Virus record (IMG/VR): IMGVR_UViG_3300010043_000004
Location: 1-47,265 of that record
Source: a virus
Lineage: Duplodnaviria > Caudoviricetes
Direction: 5' to 3' (one strand)
DNA length: 47,265 nt
The notes beneath the pieces were generated by a model. The model saw only the letters and a list, made by a program, of their open reading frames with translations, was not told where the DNA came from and searched no databases. The translations under genes and the position numbers were made by a program. Within the stretch, counting starts at the first letter, position 1, and each line of letters opens with the position of its first letter. Positions 24,850-33,495 of this stretch are shown in pieces.

Positions 24850-25660
24850 TCTGCACCTCTTCAGCTTTCCCGCCACGAAGTTCAAACTTTCTCGCGTCTT
24901 TTGCTGCTATCAGTACCTGCTCTGACTGCACGTCGCCCATTGCGCGGCACTTCTGAATGGTTGTCGCCCGCAGCTGGTTCCAATACTTCTGCAAAGCAGC
25001 TTCATCCTCACAAGTTGAGATTTTGTGAATGCACTTGCCGAGCGTGGCATTGTCTAGCGTGGCTGGCTTGTCTTCAGCTTTGCTTCTTTCCCCTTGTGGC
25101 ATGTCAGCTGTTGCACAGCCAGTCGCACACAGCAAGCTGTAACGTTCCCAGAATGTGATCCCAGCAGCATTGGCATGGTTGAGCTGCTTGCCGCCAGAGA
25201 AGTCTGGTGCAGCTGCCAGCCGAGTCTCTTTGCCGCCACCAGCAACGTGCTCCAATATGCAAGTTACGGCTGAAAGCTCACCGTTTTCTTTGTAATCAGG
25301 CTGCCAACTCCTTGTGACGCCCCACTTTGCCAGCTTTGGCCCGATGACATCAACGACCTGATCCAGCTTGCTGAACCGATATGACATCTGACCGCCAGTC
25401 TTCAGCCCGTACTGTGCAATCTCTTTCTTCAAAATCTTGATGTCTGGCTCTTGATGAAAGCGGACCATGCTTTGCGTAAATGCTATTTTTTCCAAGCGTT
25501 TCTGCCGCCGCTCGACTAGATCCATCAGCCGCCCAAGCTTGTCGATGTCAACGACATGATCTATGGCATAACGGATGAGCGAATCATCATCAGGCGGCGT
25601 AGCTAATTCCTGTGGCGAAACAACCATCTGGCTGCTTGCTGCCACTTGCTCTTTTGGCAT
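24767..25660 (-). CDS. erf: ERF-family single-strand annealing protein
   Basis: DIDKLGRLMDL, YRFSKLDQV, VTCILEH, SGGK...GITFWERYSL. Confidence 0.85.
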   Translation of the reverse strand: MPKEQVAASSQMVVSPQELATPPDDDSLIRYAIDHVVDIDKLGRLMDLVERRQKRLEKIAFTQSMVRFHQEPDIKILKKEIAQYGLKTGGQMSYRFSKLDQVVDVIGPKLAKWGVTRSWQPDYKENGELSAVTCILEHVAGGGKETRLAAAPDFSGGKQLNHANAAGITFWERYSLLCATGCATADMPQGERSKAEDKPATLDNATLGKCIHKISTCEDEAALQKYWNQLRATTIQKCRAMGDVQSEQVLIAAKDARKFELRGGKAEEVQSDTSELSAENSRVDDSTYGVSDLFSTE

Positions 25661-25827
25661 CTCTCCTCCTGCTGACTGCACGAGTCACAAATCCAAAACT
25701 GGTCGAGGTAGCCTGTCTCAGCTTCCCTCTGCGGTGCACACCACAGGGCGCATTCGTGCAGCTCTCCGCACCATTCACAATGAGTTGTCCGAGTGTCAGG
25801 TCCCTGGTGGTAGTTGCCGAACTGCAT
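25603..25827 (-). CDS. Small Zn-finger protein
   Basis: CEWC...WICDSC. Confidence 0.5.
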   Translation of the reverse strand: MQFGNYHQGPDTRTTHCEWCGELHECALWCAPQREAETGYLDQFWICDSCSQQEERCQKSKWQQAARWLFRHRN

Positions 25828-25841
25828 GGCTCACCAACCTG

Positions 25842-26026
25842 TGAAATCACTTTGCAGGGGAAAGCGAAAAGTGATTTCAGAAATCAAAATGCTTTGTTTT
25901 CAGTAGCCAATACGCCCTTATATTCCCCTGCATTCCACTGCGTTCCCTTGCATTCCAACTTGTTGTGCTTTTGAGTACTGATCACACCGTGCTGATTCCA
26001 AAGCAGTTGCCTGCTCTGGAATCAGC
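25842..26026. other. Candidate attP region
   Basis: Intergenic, just downstream of the integrase; 10-bp periodic repeats ATTCCCCTGC/ATTCCACTGC/GTTCCCTTGC/ATTCCAACT (25922-25960); flanked by inverted repeats GAAATCACTTT/AAAGTGATTTC and GCTGATTCCA/TGGAATCAGC. Confidence 0.55.
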
Positions 26027-26032
26027 TTGAAA

Positions 26033-27187
26033 TCAGACTTTCTTTTTTTCTTCGTCCTCAGAATCACAACTCTTCAAGGCAAGCTCAATCACTTTGTCTT
26101 GAGCTTCCCTCTCTTCATCGGTCACAACGCCGCCGTAAGTTTCAAATGTCATGTCAGCCTTGCTGTGCCGCATGAGTTCTTTCTGTACGCGTGGCTTTGT
26201 CCCGACGGCATCGAGCCAGGCTGAGAAACTGTGCCGCAAGCTATGAGTACCAAGGATTTCATCTTCTTGCAACTCAATGCCTGCTTTCCGGCCAGCTTCT
26301 TGATAGGCTTTCCGCACTGTGAACTGAGCAAGCGGCAGCTTGCCATGATGATACGCAGAAGCGAAAACCCAAGCAGTTGCTTCCGTGTATTCGGAGAGCT
26401 GCCGCCACTGTTGCAGGACCGCTAGCACTCTTGAGGGGATGTGCATCGGCCGTTTGCTCTTTTTCGTCTTGCAGGGGCCTTCTTTCTGCTTGACGATAGA
26501 CCGTTTCAGATCAACAGTTGATTCCAGCCAGTTGATGTCCTCCCATTTCAAGCCGAGACACTCACAGCTTCTCAGCCCACAGGCGAACGATACGAGTGCA
26601 ACGGCTCTGTACGGCTGTTCAAGCTGCAAGATCCAATCTTGAAACTGCTGCACTGTCAGCTTGATTGAGCGGTACACTCTGACGCTAGCAACACCCTGCA
26701 CGAGACAATCCCACATCGGGTTCTTCTCACTGTACGGGAGGTAGTTTGCCCAGATTGCGTACCGCCACAAAGCACTGACAGCTGAGCGCAGCTGCCCCCG
26801 GCTGCCAGGGGAAAGAGCTGTTGTCTCAAGCCACTGCTCAACAGGCTTGGCACCGAGTTCCGTGATGTTGTTGCTGCCCCACCGCGGAATTACCCAGTTC
26901 TCAAAAAACGCATTCTGCACACGGGCGGAATTTTCCCGCAGCAGTTTGTGCTGTCTGAGTTCCTTGTATTCGGCGGCGAGTTCTTTCACGGTCAACGGCT
27001 TTCGTTCTTCAGCCAGCCGCACTGAGCCGCGAATCTCTTCAGCTCTTCTGAGTGCTTCTGGCCGAGTCAAGTCTTTGATCAGCCCAATCTTTTTGGAAGT
27101 TCTCTTGCCGGTTTCAGGATCCGTGTACAGTAGGCTCCACGTACCCCTTGATTTGTTCTCTACAATACTGCCTTTGATTTTGCTCAT
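26033..27187 (-). CDS. int: Tyrosine recombinase (phage integrase)
   Basis: Catalytic R (GLRSCE), K (KTKKS), HSLRH, MRH and Y (TYG); SD AAGAGG before MSKIK. Confidence 0.95.
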   Translation of the reverse strand: MSKIKGSIVENKSRGTWSLLYTDPETGKRTSKKIGLIKDLTRPEALRRAEEIRGSVRLAEERKPLTVKELAAEYKELRQHKLLRENSARVQNAFFENWVIPRWGSNNITELGAKPVEQWLETTALSPGSRGQLRSAVSALWRYAIWANYLPYSEKNPMWDCLVQGVASVRVYRSIKLTVQQFQDWILQLEQPYRAVALVSFACGLRSCECLGLKWEDINWLESTVDLKRSIVKQKEGPCKTKKSKRPMHIPSRVLAVLQQWRQLSEYTEATAWVFASAYHHGKLPLAQFTVRKAYQEAGRKAGIELQEDEILGTHSLRHSFSAWLDAVGTKPRVQKELMRHSKADMTFETYGGVVTDEEREAQDKVIELALKSCDSEDEEKKKV

Positions 27188-27237
27188 CCTCTTTCTCTTC
27201 TCCTTTTTTTGGGGATGAGCGTATTGGCTCGGTGTGA

Positions 27238-27432
27238 TTATAGCAAAGTGCCCAGAACATAGGCGTCTAAATCGGCTCGGAGAAACCTCCAACTGTGTCG
27301 ATTGTCCCCCAATGCTGGATACCCTTTCACTTTGCCTTCTGATACAAGCTGCATTAATTTGCGGGTTGACATTCTCAAGTATCGGGCGGCTTGAGTCTTG
27401 GTCAACCATTCGTCCTTTCTTGTCAAACACAC
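27238..27432 (-). CDS. xis: Excisionase/HTH_17 DNA-binding protein
   Basis: WLTKTQAARYLRMS...GKVKG...WRFLRADLD; upstream of int. Confidence 0.85.
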   Translation of the reverse strand: MCLTRKDEWLTKTQAARYLRMSTRKLMQLVSEGKVKGYPALGDNRHSWRFLRADLDAYVLGTLL

Positions 27433-27757
27433 TCAACTCTGGTCCTTTCCGGGCGAAAGAAAAAGCAAAAATCACCGGAAGGTGGGGAAGAGTTGCTACA
27501 GTCAAGTTTTGCTGGGACTCCAATTTCCGAACTACCTTTCGTGCGGTTGGTCTTTACAGTTCTCTCGTCCTTCAATTGTTAAGCTGGGCAGCTTTTTTGG
27601 TTGAAGGTTAATGGTGTCTTTCGCATCATTTTGCGAACATCATTGATGCAATGCAGAGAAAACTACTCCTGTGCACCAAATCAGTCAATTGCTGTTTTAT
27701 CTTTTCTGTGCAAAACCAGGAGAGCATTTTGTCTGTAATGATTTGTAAAGAAGCTTC

Positions 27758-27786
27758 TTGCAAGCAAGCTAGAAAGCTGCTAAAGT
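27758..27786 (+). promoter_or_regulatory. Promoter for a leaderless transcript
   Basis: TTGCAA-17-TAAAGT with TG extension; ATG 7 nt after the -10. Confidence 0.6.
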
Positions 27787-27793
27787 CTTCAGC

Positions 27794-27946
27794 ATGGACC
27801 AAAAACAATTCGCTTCACTCGGTGGCAAAGCTAGAGCGAAAAAACTCAGCCAGAAGCGCATTCAAAGGATTGCCCAACTGGGCGGGATAGCAGCAGCGAA
27901 GAAACGCCGCAACGGGAGCCCTAAATCTAAAAAGGAGAAACAATGA
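27794..27946 (+). CDS. Small basic nucleic-acid-binding protein (50 aa), absent from the ORF track
   Basis: MDQKQFASLGGKARAKKLSQKRIQRIAQLGGIAAAKKRR, GGKARAxxL family. Confidence 0.75.
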   Translation: MDQKQFASLGGKARAKKLSQKRIQRIAQLGGIAAAKKRRNGSPKSKKEKQ

Positions 27947-28494
27947 AAAATGGCTATCAGAGAGCAATACCAGAGCAGATCGTCATCTACACATTTGCGC
28001 GGGTCGAGCAATTTATCGAAGATTACGCGCGAAGCAACAAAGTACCTCCGCATGAGCTTGCCAGCAGGGTGGCAGAACTTCTTCACTCCAATACAGGCGG
28101 GGAAATATTACGGGCTCAGAATCAAGTGCCCAACGTGCGATCAAACGGCACCGGATACCGTGAACCAGCACGGCAAATGGCGGTGGCTAGCCAACCACAT
28201 CCTGATAGCTCACAAATGACCAGAGAAGAGCAAGCTATGGCGCTGTATCAGCAGGGCTTCAGAACTGAGCACATTGCTGAGCAGATGGACATCAACCCAG
28301 CAACTGTCCGCACCTATGTAGCAAGAGCTAACAAAGCTGGCTTGAAAGCAGCTTTTGAGAACCAGCACACAACCAAGGGCCGCTCGTACAACGGCAAGCA
28401 TTGGACTCAGCAGCCGAAAAATCGCGCAAAAGTGCTGAAGCGGATGCGGCAATTGCGGAAAGTTGGAATTAAAGCGCGCTGGGCAAAGAAATGA
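27943..28494 (+). CDS. HTH-containing regulatory protein
   Basis: AMALYQQGFRTEHIAEQMDINPATVRTYV; AAAGGAGAAA SD. Confidence 0.75.
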   Translation: MKNGYQRAIPEQIVIYTFARVEQFIEDYARSNKVPPHELASRVAELLHSNTGGEILRAQNQVPNVRSNGTGYREPARQMAVASQPHPDSSQMTREEQAMALYQQGFRTEHIAEQMDINPATVRTYVARANKAGLKAAFENQHTTKGRSYNGKHWTQQPKNRAKVLKRMRQLRKVGIKARWAKK

Positions 28495-28626
28495 GCGTCA
28501 AGAATGAGTGCATAAAGCCAGTGAGCTGGCTGAACTGCACACCGCGCATGAATGCCAGGGAGAGATTAGCCGGAAAGACATAACTCTGTGATTGTGGGCT
28601 GAAGACATCCTCTGGCTCAATGAGAA

Positions 28627-28650
28627 TGCCGCTGCTTTTAACAGCGGCAT
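28627..28650. terminator. Terminator between convergent operons
   Basis: ATGCCGCTG-CTTTAA-CAGCGGCAT then TTGTTTT. Confidence 0.7.
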
Positions 28651-28655
28651 TTGTT

Positions 28656-28796
28656 TTATCTAGAAGGGCTGGGTTTTGTTTTTTCATCATCGTCATCCGG
28701 CTTCGGCTCATTCGGCTCTGGCTGATGCGGTTCTCCCGGCTGATGTTTTCCAGGCGGCATGTGCGACGGCTGTGGCTTATCTGGTGTAGTGTGCAT
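28656..28796 (-). CDS. Pro-rich small protein (46 aa)
   Basis: MHTTPDKPQPSHMPPGKHQPGEPHQPEPNEPKPDDDDE...; AAGGA SD. Confidence 0.45.
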   Translation of the reverse strand: MHTTPDKPQPSHMPPGKHQPGEPHQPEPNEPKPDDDDEKTKPSPSR

Positions 28797-28831
28797 CTTC
28801 TTTTTCCTTACTGGCTTGAATTTAGTTTTCT

Positions 28832-28951
28832 TCACCGACTAGGCTTCGGTTGTTTGTTCCTGCCGAACCAGTGAACTAGAAACCAGACAATGGCAATGAT
28901 AATGCCGCCGATCGAGCCGTCTTCCAATGCACTTGTCAGGTCACAATTCAT
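28832..28951 (-). CDS. Small single-TM membrane protein (39 aa), possibly holin-like
   Basis: GSIGGIIIAIVWFLVHWF followed by a basic tail; GAGG SD. Confidence 0.55.
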   Translation of the reverse strand: MNCDLTSALEDGSIGGIIIAIVWFLVHWFGRNKQPKPSR

Positions 28952-28963
28952 GGGAACTTCCTC

Positions 28964-29509
28964 CTATCTCTTAGTTAAATTGACTTGCATGTCACTCACT
29001 GCATTAATGTAGTGCTTGACATGAAAGTACTGCACGTCTTGCGTCTTCAAAGCAGTCTCCGGGTCAAGTGAGTAGCCATAGCTGAATTCAAAGTCACACG
29101 TTCCTAAGTAGTGCGTCAGCTTGTTTGCTTCTCGCCATCCTTTGTCAAAGTACAAGAAGCTGCTCTCGGCCACTGGAGGCCACATATGCATTGGGTCTTG
29201 AATAGCTCGCGGAGAAGACCAGTAGGGCACGATAATGGTCATCTTGCCTTTGGGGATCAAGATCCGGTAGCACTCATCCATGAACGGAATCCGCTGCGGC
29301 CCAGCAATGTGCTCAAAGAAGTGAGAGCAGAATATTTCTTCAACTGAGCAGTCTGCCCACGGCCACGGAAACTGCGTCAAATCAACTTTCTCATCAGCTG
29401 CGGCAAACAAATCAACACCCCTGAAGCCTTCTTTCTTGTTCTCACCACAGCCTAAGTCAAGCTTCAGTAGTTGCTTCTTGTCAACTTCAGGCTCTAGAAC
29501 AGTAACCAT
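28964..29509 (-). CDS. SAM-dependent methyltransferase (Methyltransf_11-like)
   Basis: KLDLGCG, VDL...PWP, SHFFEHI, ECYRILIPKG, DPMH. Confidence 0.9.
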   Translation of the reverse strand: MVTVLEPEVDKKQLLKLDLGCGENKKEGFRGVDLFAAADEKVDLTQFPWPWADCSVEEIFCSHFFEHIAGPQRIPFMDECYRILIPKGKMTIIVPYWSSPRAIQDPMHMWPPVAESSFLYFDKGWREANKLTHYLGTCDFEFSYGYSLDPETALKTQDVQYFHVKHYINAVSDMQVNLTKR

Positions 29510-29512
29510 TGT

Positions 29513-30220
29513 TCACCACATCATATTGGTATTAGCATCAAAATGCCCAACTTTGACTCTGCTGTCACAAGCGAAGTGAAAGCCTTCTCTTCCGGCTCTG
29601 TCAAAAAACCATAGATCCTGACTGAATGCATGGCCGTTTTCTTGCACAGTACGGAACCACGGCGGTTGCAGTCTCTTGAACATGTCAAGTTTGAACAAAG
29701 TGAAGCCCATGCCGAGGCCGTTGTATTCTTTCACTTTGTCAATCGGCGGAATTTGCGGAATGAAGTTTTTCGGCATACTTTTTGGGTCGCCGTAGCACAT
29801 CGGCTGTCCAGCTTCGCCTTTTGTCCAGTACAAGCCTTCAACTGCATCATACTTGTTCATTGATTCATACAATTTGAGCAGCCCATCTGGCGGGGGGCAG
29901 TTGTCTTCTTCAAGTGTGAGAATGTATTGCCAAGTACTCAACTCTGGATTAGACAATACCATTTCTATTGCCGCTTGGTATGCTGCACCAACTTCTTTCT
30001 TTTCTACAAACACAGGGCCGTATACTTTTTGATTCATTGGCTTCATCAGCCCCATCCAACTGTTCACTACACGGTGATGAATACCCTCGCCGCGAGTAGG
30101 AGTGACGATGATAGTAGACAAATCTTCATAGCTTCTAGCTTCTTCTAGACGTTTACGAGATTTCTCAAGATCTAGATTGTGGTAGCCAATATCACTCATA
30201 CAGTGAATCCGATCATCCAC
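29513..30220 (-). CDS. GT-A fold (GT2-like) glycosyltransferase
   Basis: IVTPTRG, YILTLEEDN, GLGMGFTLF, PPWF, SQDLWF, DSRVKVGH. Confidence 0.8.
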   Translation of the reverse strand: MDDRIHCMSDIGYHNLDLEKSRKRLEEARSYEDLSTIIVTPTRGEGIHHRVVNSWMGLMKPMNQKVYGPVFVEKKEVGAAYQAAIEMVLSNPELSTWQYILTLEEDNCPPPDGLLKLYESMNKYDAVEGLYWTKGEAGQPMCYGDPKSMPKNFIPQIPPIDKVKEYNGLGMGFTLFKLDMFKRLQPPWFRTVQENGHAFSQDLWFFDRAGREGFHFACDSRVKVGHFDANTNMMW

Positions 30221-33200
30221 ATCACTGGAACCCTCATCATAGTAGCGGAAGTGCCGATTATCTGAGAAGCAGTAACAGCAGGCGGAAGACTGTTAACATT
30301 CGTAATGCAGCCCCAAAATGGGATCCTCTGGTTAGTTGAATTAGTGACTGCGCCCAGTTCACCAGCATTAACGCCGCTCATCATGCCTTCATGGACGACA
30401 GCATTTGGTGTGCACACTGAGGTCCAGTTTCCTACAGTTGACAGGCAGAATGCCGCCCAATAATCACGGTCATCAAACTGTGCAGTGATTGGAATCTTAA
30501 GATTTTTAAGATAGTTGTAGTTTGCTAAGTTTGACTGAGCTGTGATTGATATTGTGTATTGAGTTGATGAAGATGAAAGCCGCGTGAGCGTTGAGCCTGT
30601 ACGGCTGTAAAAACCGAGTGACATGCTGACATAGCCGCTGACTGAAGCAGCTCCAGAGAAATTAGCCGCAAATGACATGTGAGACATCATGCCTGCTGCT
30701 GTATAGTGGCCGGGAAACATTTTGTTCAGCGGCCAAACTACACATGAAAAAGCTGCTGTCGGCGACATCTCAGACCAAGTTGTGTAAGCTTTGACGATTG
30801 GGCCAGCTTCACACAAATAGCGGTTAGCACTGTCACCGCCTCCTCCGCCCCCTGATGCACTACCGCCAGCATTCCAGAATGATGATTGCGTTACCCAGTT
30901 GCCAGCTGTGTTCCATGCACCTGATGAAGCAGTCCAGTTGTTCGCAGTATTCCAGTTCCCAGAGGAAGCTGTCCAGCTGCCCATTGTGCTCTGAGCATTC
31001 CATGCACTAGAAGATGCTGACCAGTTGCCTGCTGTGTTCCAATTAGCTGAAGAGTTGAGCCATCCAGACCATGAAGTGAGCTGTGAAGTATAAGGAGCTG
31101 AAATAGTGAAAAGTGAGTTTGAAGCATTCTGACCTGATGTGATCAGAGCACCTCCGCTCTGAATCAGTGATACGCCAAGAGTACTTCCACCAGCCGCAGC
31201 ATTCCAAGCTGCACTTGATGCTGACCAGTTGCCTGCTGTGTTCCAGCTAGACGATGAATTAAGCCAGCCTGACCATGAAGTGAGCTGAGTTGTATTCGGA
31301 GCGGAAATAGTAAACAGAGAGTTTGAAGCATTTTGCCCTGATGTGATGCCGACTCCAACACTCTGAATGAGAGACACACCTAAAGCACTGCCGCCCGCAG
31401 CTGCATTCCAAGCAGCAGAGGAAGCCGTCCAATTTCCCCAGGAGACTAATTGAGATGTAGCTGGTGCTGAGATTGTGAATGTTGAGCCGCCTGTATTGGC
31501 TACGGATGCAATGCTTGCCCCAATTGCAGAGACTAGTGAAACTCGGCCACCGAGAGCAGTGCCAGTCATTTCACTCGTCATCGTGTTCACAATTGATGAG
31601 ATATAGCTTGATATTCCTGAAGTCAACGTTGTCAAGCTCGTAGCATGGCTAGTAATGAAACTGGTCACTACACTGCTATAGGCGGAAGTCTGATTTAATG
31701 CACTGATTGTTGCTGAAAGCCCGCTTGTACCTGAAGACGTTTGCAGAGAAATGTTGGCACCTTGGCTCAGCATCAGTTGATTGGTAACGAGCTGCCCGTT
31801 GATACCAGCCGTGAATCCTCCTGCTGGTGCACCTGAGTCGCCTGGCGGTGCTCCCCAAAAGCTAGCTGTCGTGCCTCCAGGCCCAGTAGCTTGGTTGACT
31901 GTGATGTAGGCATTCATTCCTTGCCCAGACCATGCACCGCCGCCAAGCTCAGTCATCGTGTGCACAACTGATGTGATGTAGCTGCTAATGCCGCTCGTCA
32001 GTGTCGTCAAGCTAGTTGCATAGCTGCTGATAAGGCTAGTGACTATGCTGCTATATGCTGAAGTCTGATTTGATGCACTGAAAGTGACACTCAACCCGCC
32101 AGGGCCAGATGCGGTCTGCAATGACATCAGCGGCCCCTGTGACAACATCAGTTGATTCGTAGCAATCTGGCCGTTTGCACCGCCAGAGAATGTCGGCGGT
32201 GGCTCACCGCCAGCCGCTGCGTTCCATGCAGCACTAGACTGCATCCAATTCGACCAAGAGATAAGCTGGCTCGTGTTCGGAGCTGAAATTGTGAAGACTG
32301 AATTTGTGCCAATTGTTCCAGATGTGATGCCAGCACCGATGCTCTGAACAAGTGACACGCCGCTCATAGTTTCGCCAGATCCGCCTCCACTTCCTTCAGC
32401 TCCCCAGAACTGAGCCGTCGTCCCTATGCTGTTCGTCACCATTGAGACAGTGATGTCATCATTCATGGCTGAATATGACCAAGAATTGCGCGGGCCGTAG
32501 ACTGTTGCTACTGAGCCGTTGTTCTGACTGACAGTGAGATTAGTATTCCCGGCACTCAACTGGAAAGATGAGATGCCTCCTCCGCCACCGCCCGCAGCGG
32601 CATTGATCGTCACTGCACCGTACCCAGCCTGTTGTTGAGATGCCGACAGTGTGACGTTCGAACCAGCGAAGAGCGTAAGGAACGGATCGACAGCAACCAA
32701 GCTAGACCCCTGCGTTGAACCGCCAGCCTGACCTAGCGCCATCAGCCAGCTTGCTGCCCCCCCTCCGCCGCCACCGGCACTGAGGGAGTACACGGGAATG
32801 CCGCCAGTCGTCAAGGTACTAGCTATTGAGATATTGTCGCCGCCGAACAGTATCGGCGGTTGAGCGCGAATCGTAAGTGCTAGTCCTGGACTAGCACCTG
32901 TTGAATAAGTAGCATTGCTGAAATATATCCCACTTCCAGCAGCTAGCTGTAAGTTTCCAGTGCGGAAATTGTTCTGGCCGATGTTGCCCTGCATCGTGCC
33001 GCCTGCCATCCATAGACCAGTACTGTATTGCGTTGCAATGCCAGTGCCTCCGCCACCAGCTGCACCGTTGATAGTTACTATCAGACCGCCCTGAGCATTT
33101 GTATCGGTCTGAAGTGTTATGTTATTGCCCCCATAGAGGAACAGTGAATCATCACTCTGTGTTCCATCAGCTTCTACAGTGAATGATTCACACACACAAC

Positions 33201-33495
33201 CAATTGCTTGATCGCGAAGCACTTTCATCAAGCGGCCACGGAAGTAGAAGACTTCAGTGTAGATGCCACTAGCTACATAGTAGAGGACATGCCCAGCTGC
33301 ATCAGAGATGAGCGGTTGCTGTAGAGGATGCTCGCCATCTGAGTCACTGAAGACATCTGCAAGCGGCTCAGGTGGGAAGTCATTCAAATCTGCTGGCTGC
33401 TTGCACACAAAGACCTGTGCGCCAGCAAGAGCATTGCCCAAAGCATCTTGAATAAAGCTGTCTCGGCGGAAGAATTTAGGCTCGGGTTCGTCCAT
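30196..33495 (-). CDS. Tail fibre/spike with N-terminal virion-docking domain and Ser/Thr/Gly/Trp repeats
   Basis: 1099 aa; N-terminus ALAGAQVFVC...PLISDAAG; duplicated modules; WxASSxxWN repeats. Confidence 0.8.
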   Translation of the reverse strand: MDEPEPKFFRRDSFIQDALGNALAGAQVFVCKQPADLNDFPPEPLADVFSDSDGEHPLQQPLISDAAGHVLYYVASGIYTEVFYFRGRLMKVLRDQAIGCVCESFTVEADGTQSDDSLFLYGGNNITLQTDTNAQGGLIVTINGAAGGGGTGIATQYSTGLWMAGGTMQGNIGQNNFRTGNLQLAAGSGIYFSNATYSTGASPGLALTIRAQPPILFGGDNISIASTLTTGGIPVYSLSAGGGGGGAASWLMALGQAGGSTQGSSLVAVDPFLTLFAGSNVTLSASQQQAGYGAVTINAAAGGGGGGISSFQLSAGNTNLTVSQNNGSVATVYGPRNSWSYSAMNDDITVSMVTNSIGTTAQFWGAEGSGGGSGETMSGVSLVQSIGAGITSGTIGTNSVFTISAPNTSQLISWSNWMQSSAAWNAAAGGEPPPTFSGGANGQIATNQLMLSQGPLMSLQTASGPGGLSVTFSASNQTSAYSSIVTSLISSYATSLTTLTSGISSYITSVVHTMTELGGGAWSGQGMNAYITVNQATGPGGTTASFWGAPPGDSGAPAGGFTAGINGQLVTNQLMLSQGANISLQTSSGTSGLSATISALNQTSAYSSVVTSFITSHATSLTTLTSGISSYISSIVNTMTSEMTGTALGGRVSLVSAIGASIASVANTGGSTFTISAPATSQLVSWGNWTASSAAWNAAAGGSALGVSLIQSVGVGITSGQNASNSLFTISAPNTTQLTSWSGWLNSSSSWNTAGNWSASSAAWNAAAGGSTLGVSLIQSGGALITSGQNASNSLFTISAPYTSQLTSWSGWLNSSANWNTAGNWSASSSAWNAQSTMGSWTASSGNWNTANNWTASSGAWNTAGNWVTQSSFWNAGGSASGGGGGGDSANRYLCEAGPIVKAYTTWSEMSPTAAFSCVVWPLNKMFPGHYTAAGMMSHMSFAANFSGAASVSGYVSMSLGFYSRTGSTLTRLSSSSTQYTISITAQSNLANYNYLKNLKIPITAQFDDRDYWAAFCLSTVGNWTSVCTPNAVVHEGMMSGVNAGELGAVTNSTNQRIPFWGCITNVNSLPPAVTASQIIGTSATMMRVPVMWMIGFTV

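Noticed and set aside
27188-27523. 112-aa N-terminal extension of the integrase in the ORF track
   Set aside because: It overlaps the xis gene in another frame; a good SD precedes MSKIK at 27187
30196-31400. Diversity-generating retroelement VR/TR pair
   Set aside because: No reverse transcriptase in the genome; the repeats are in-frame protein repeats without adenine-specific differences
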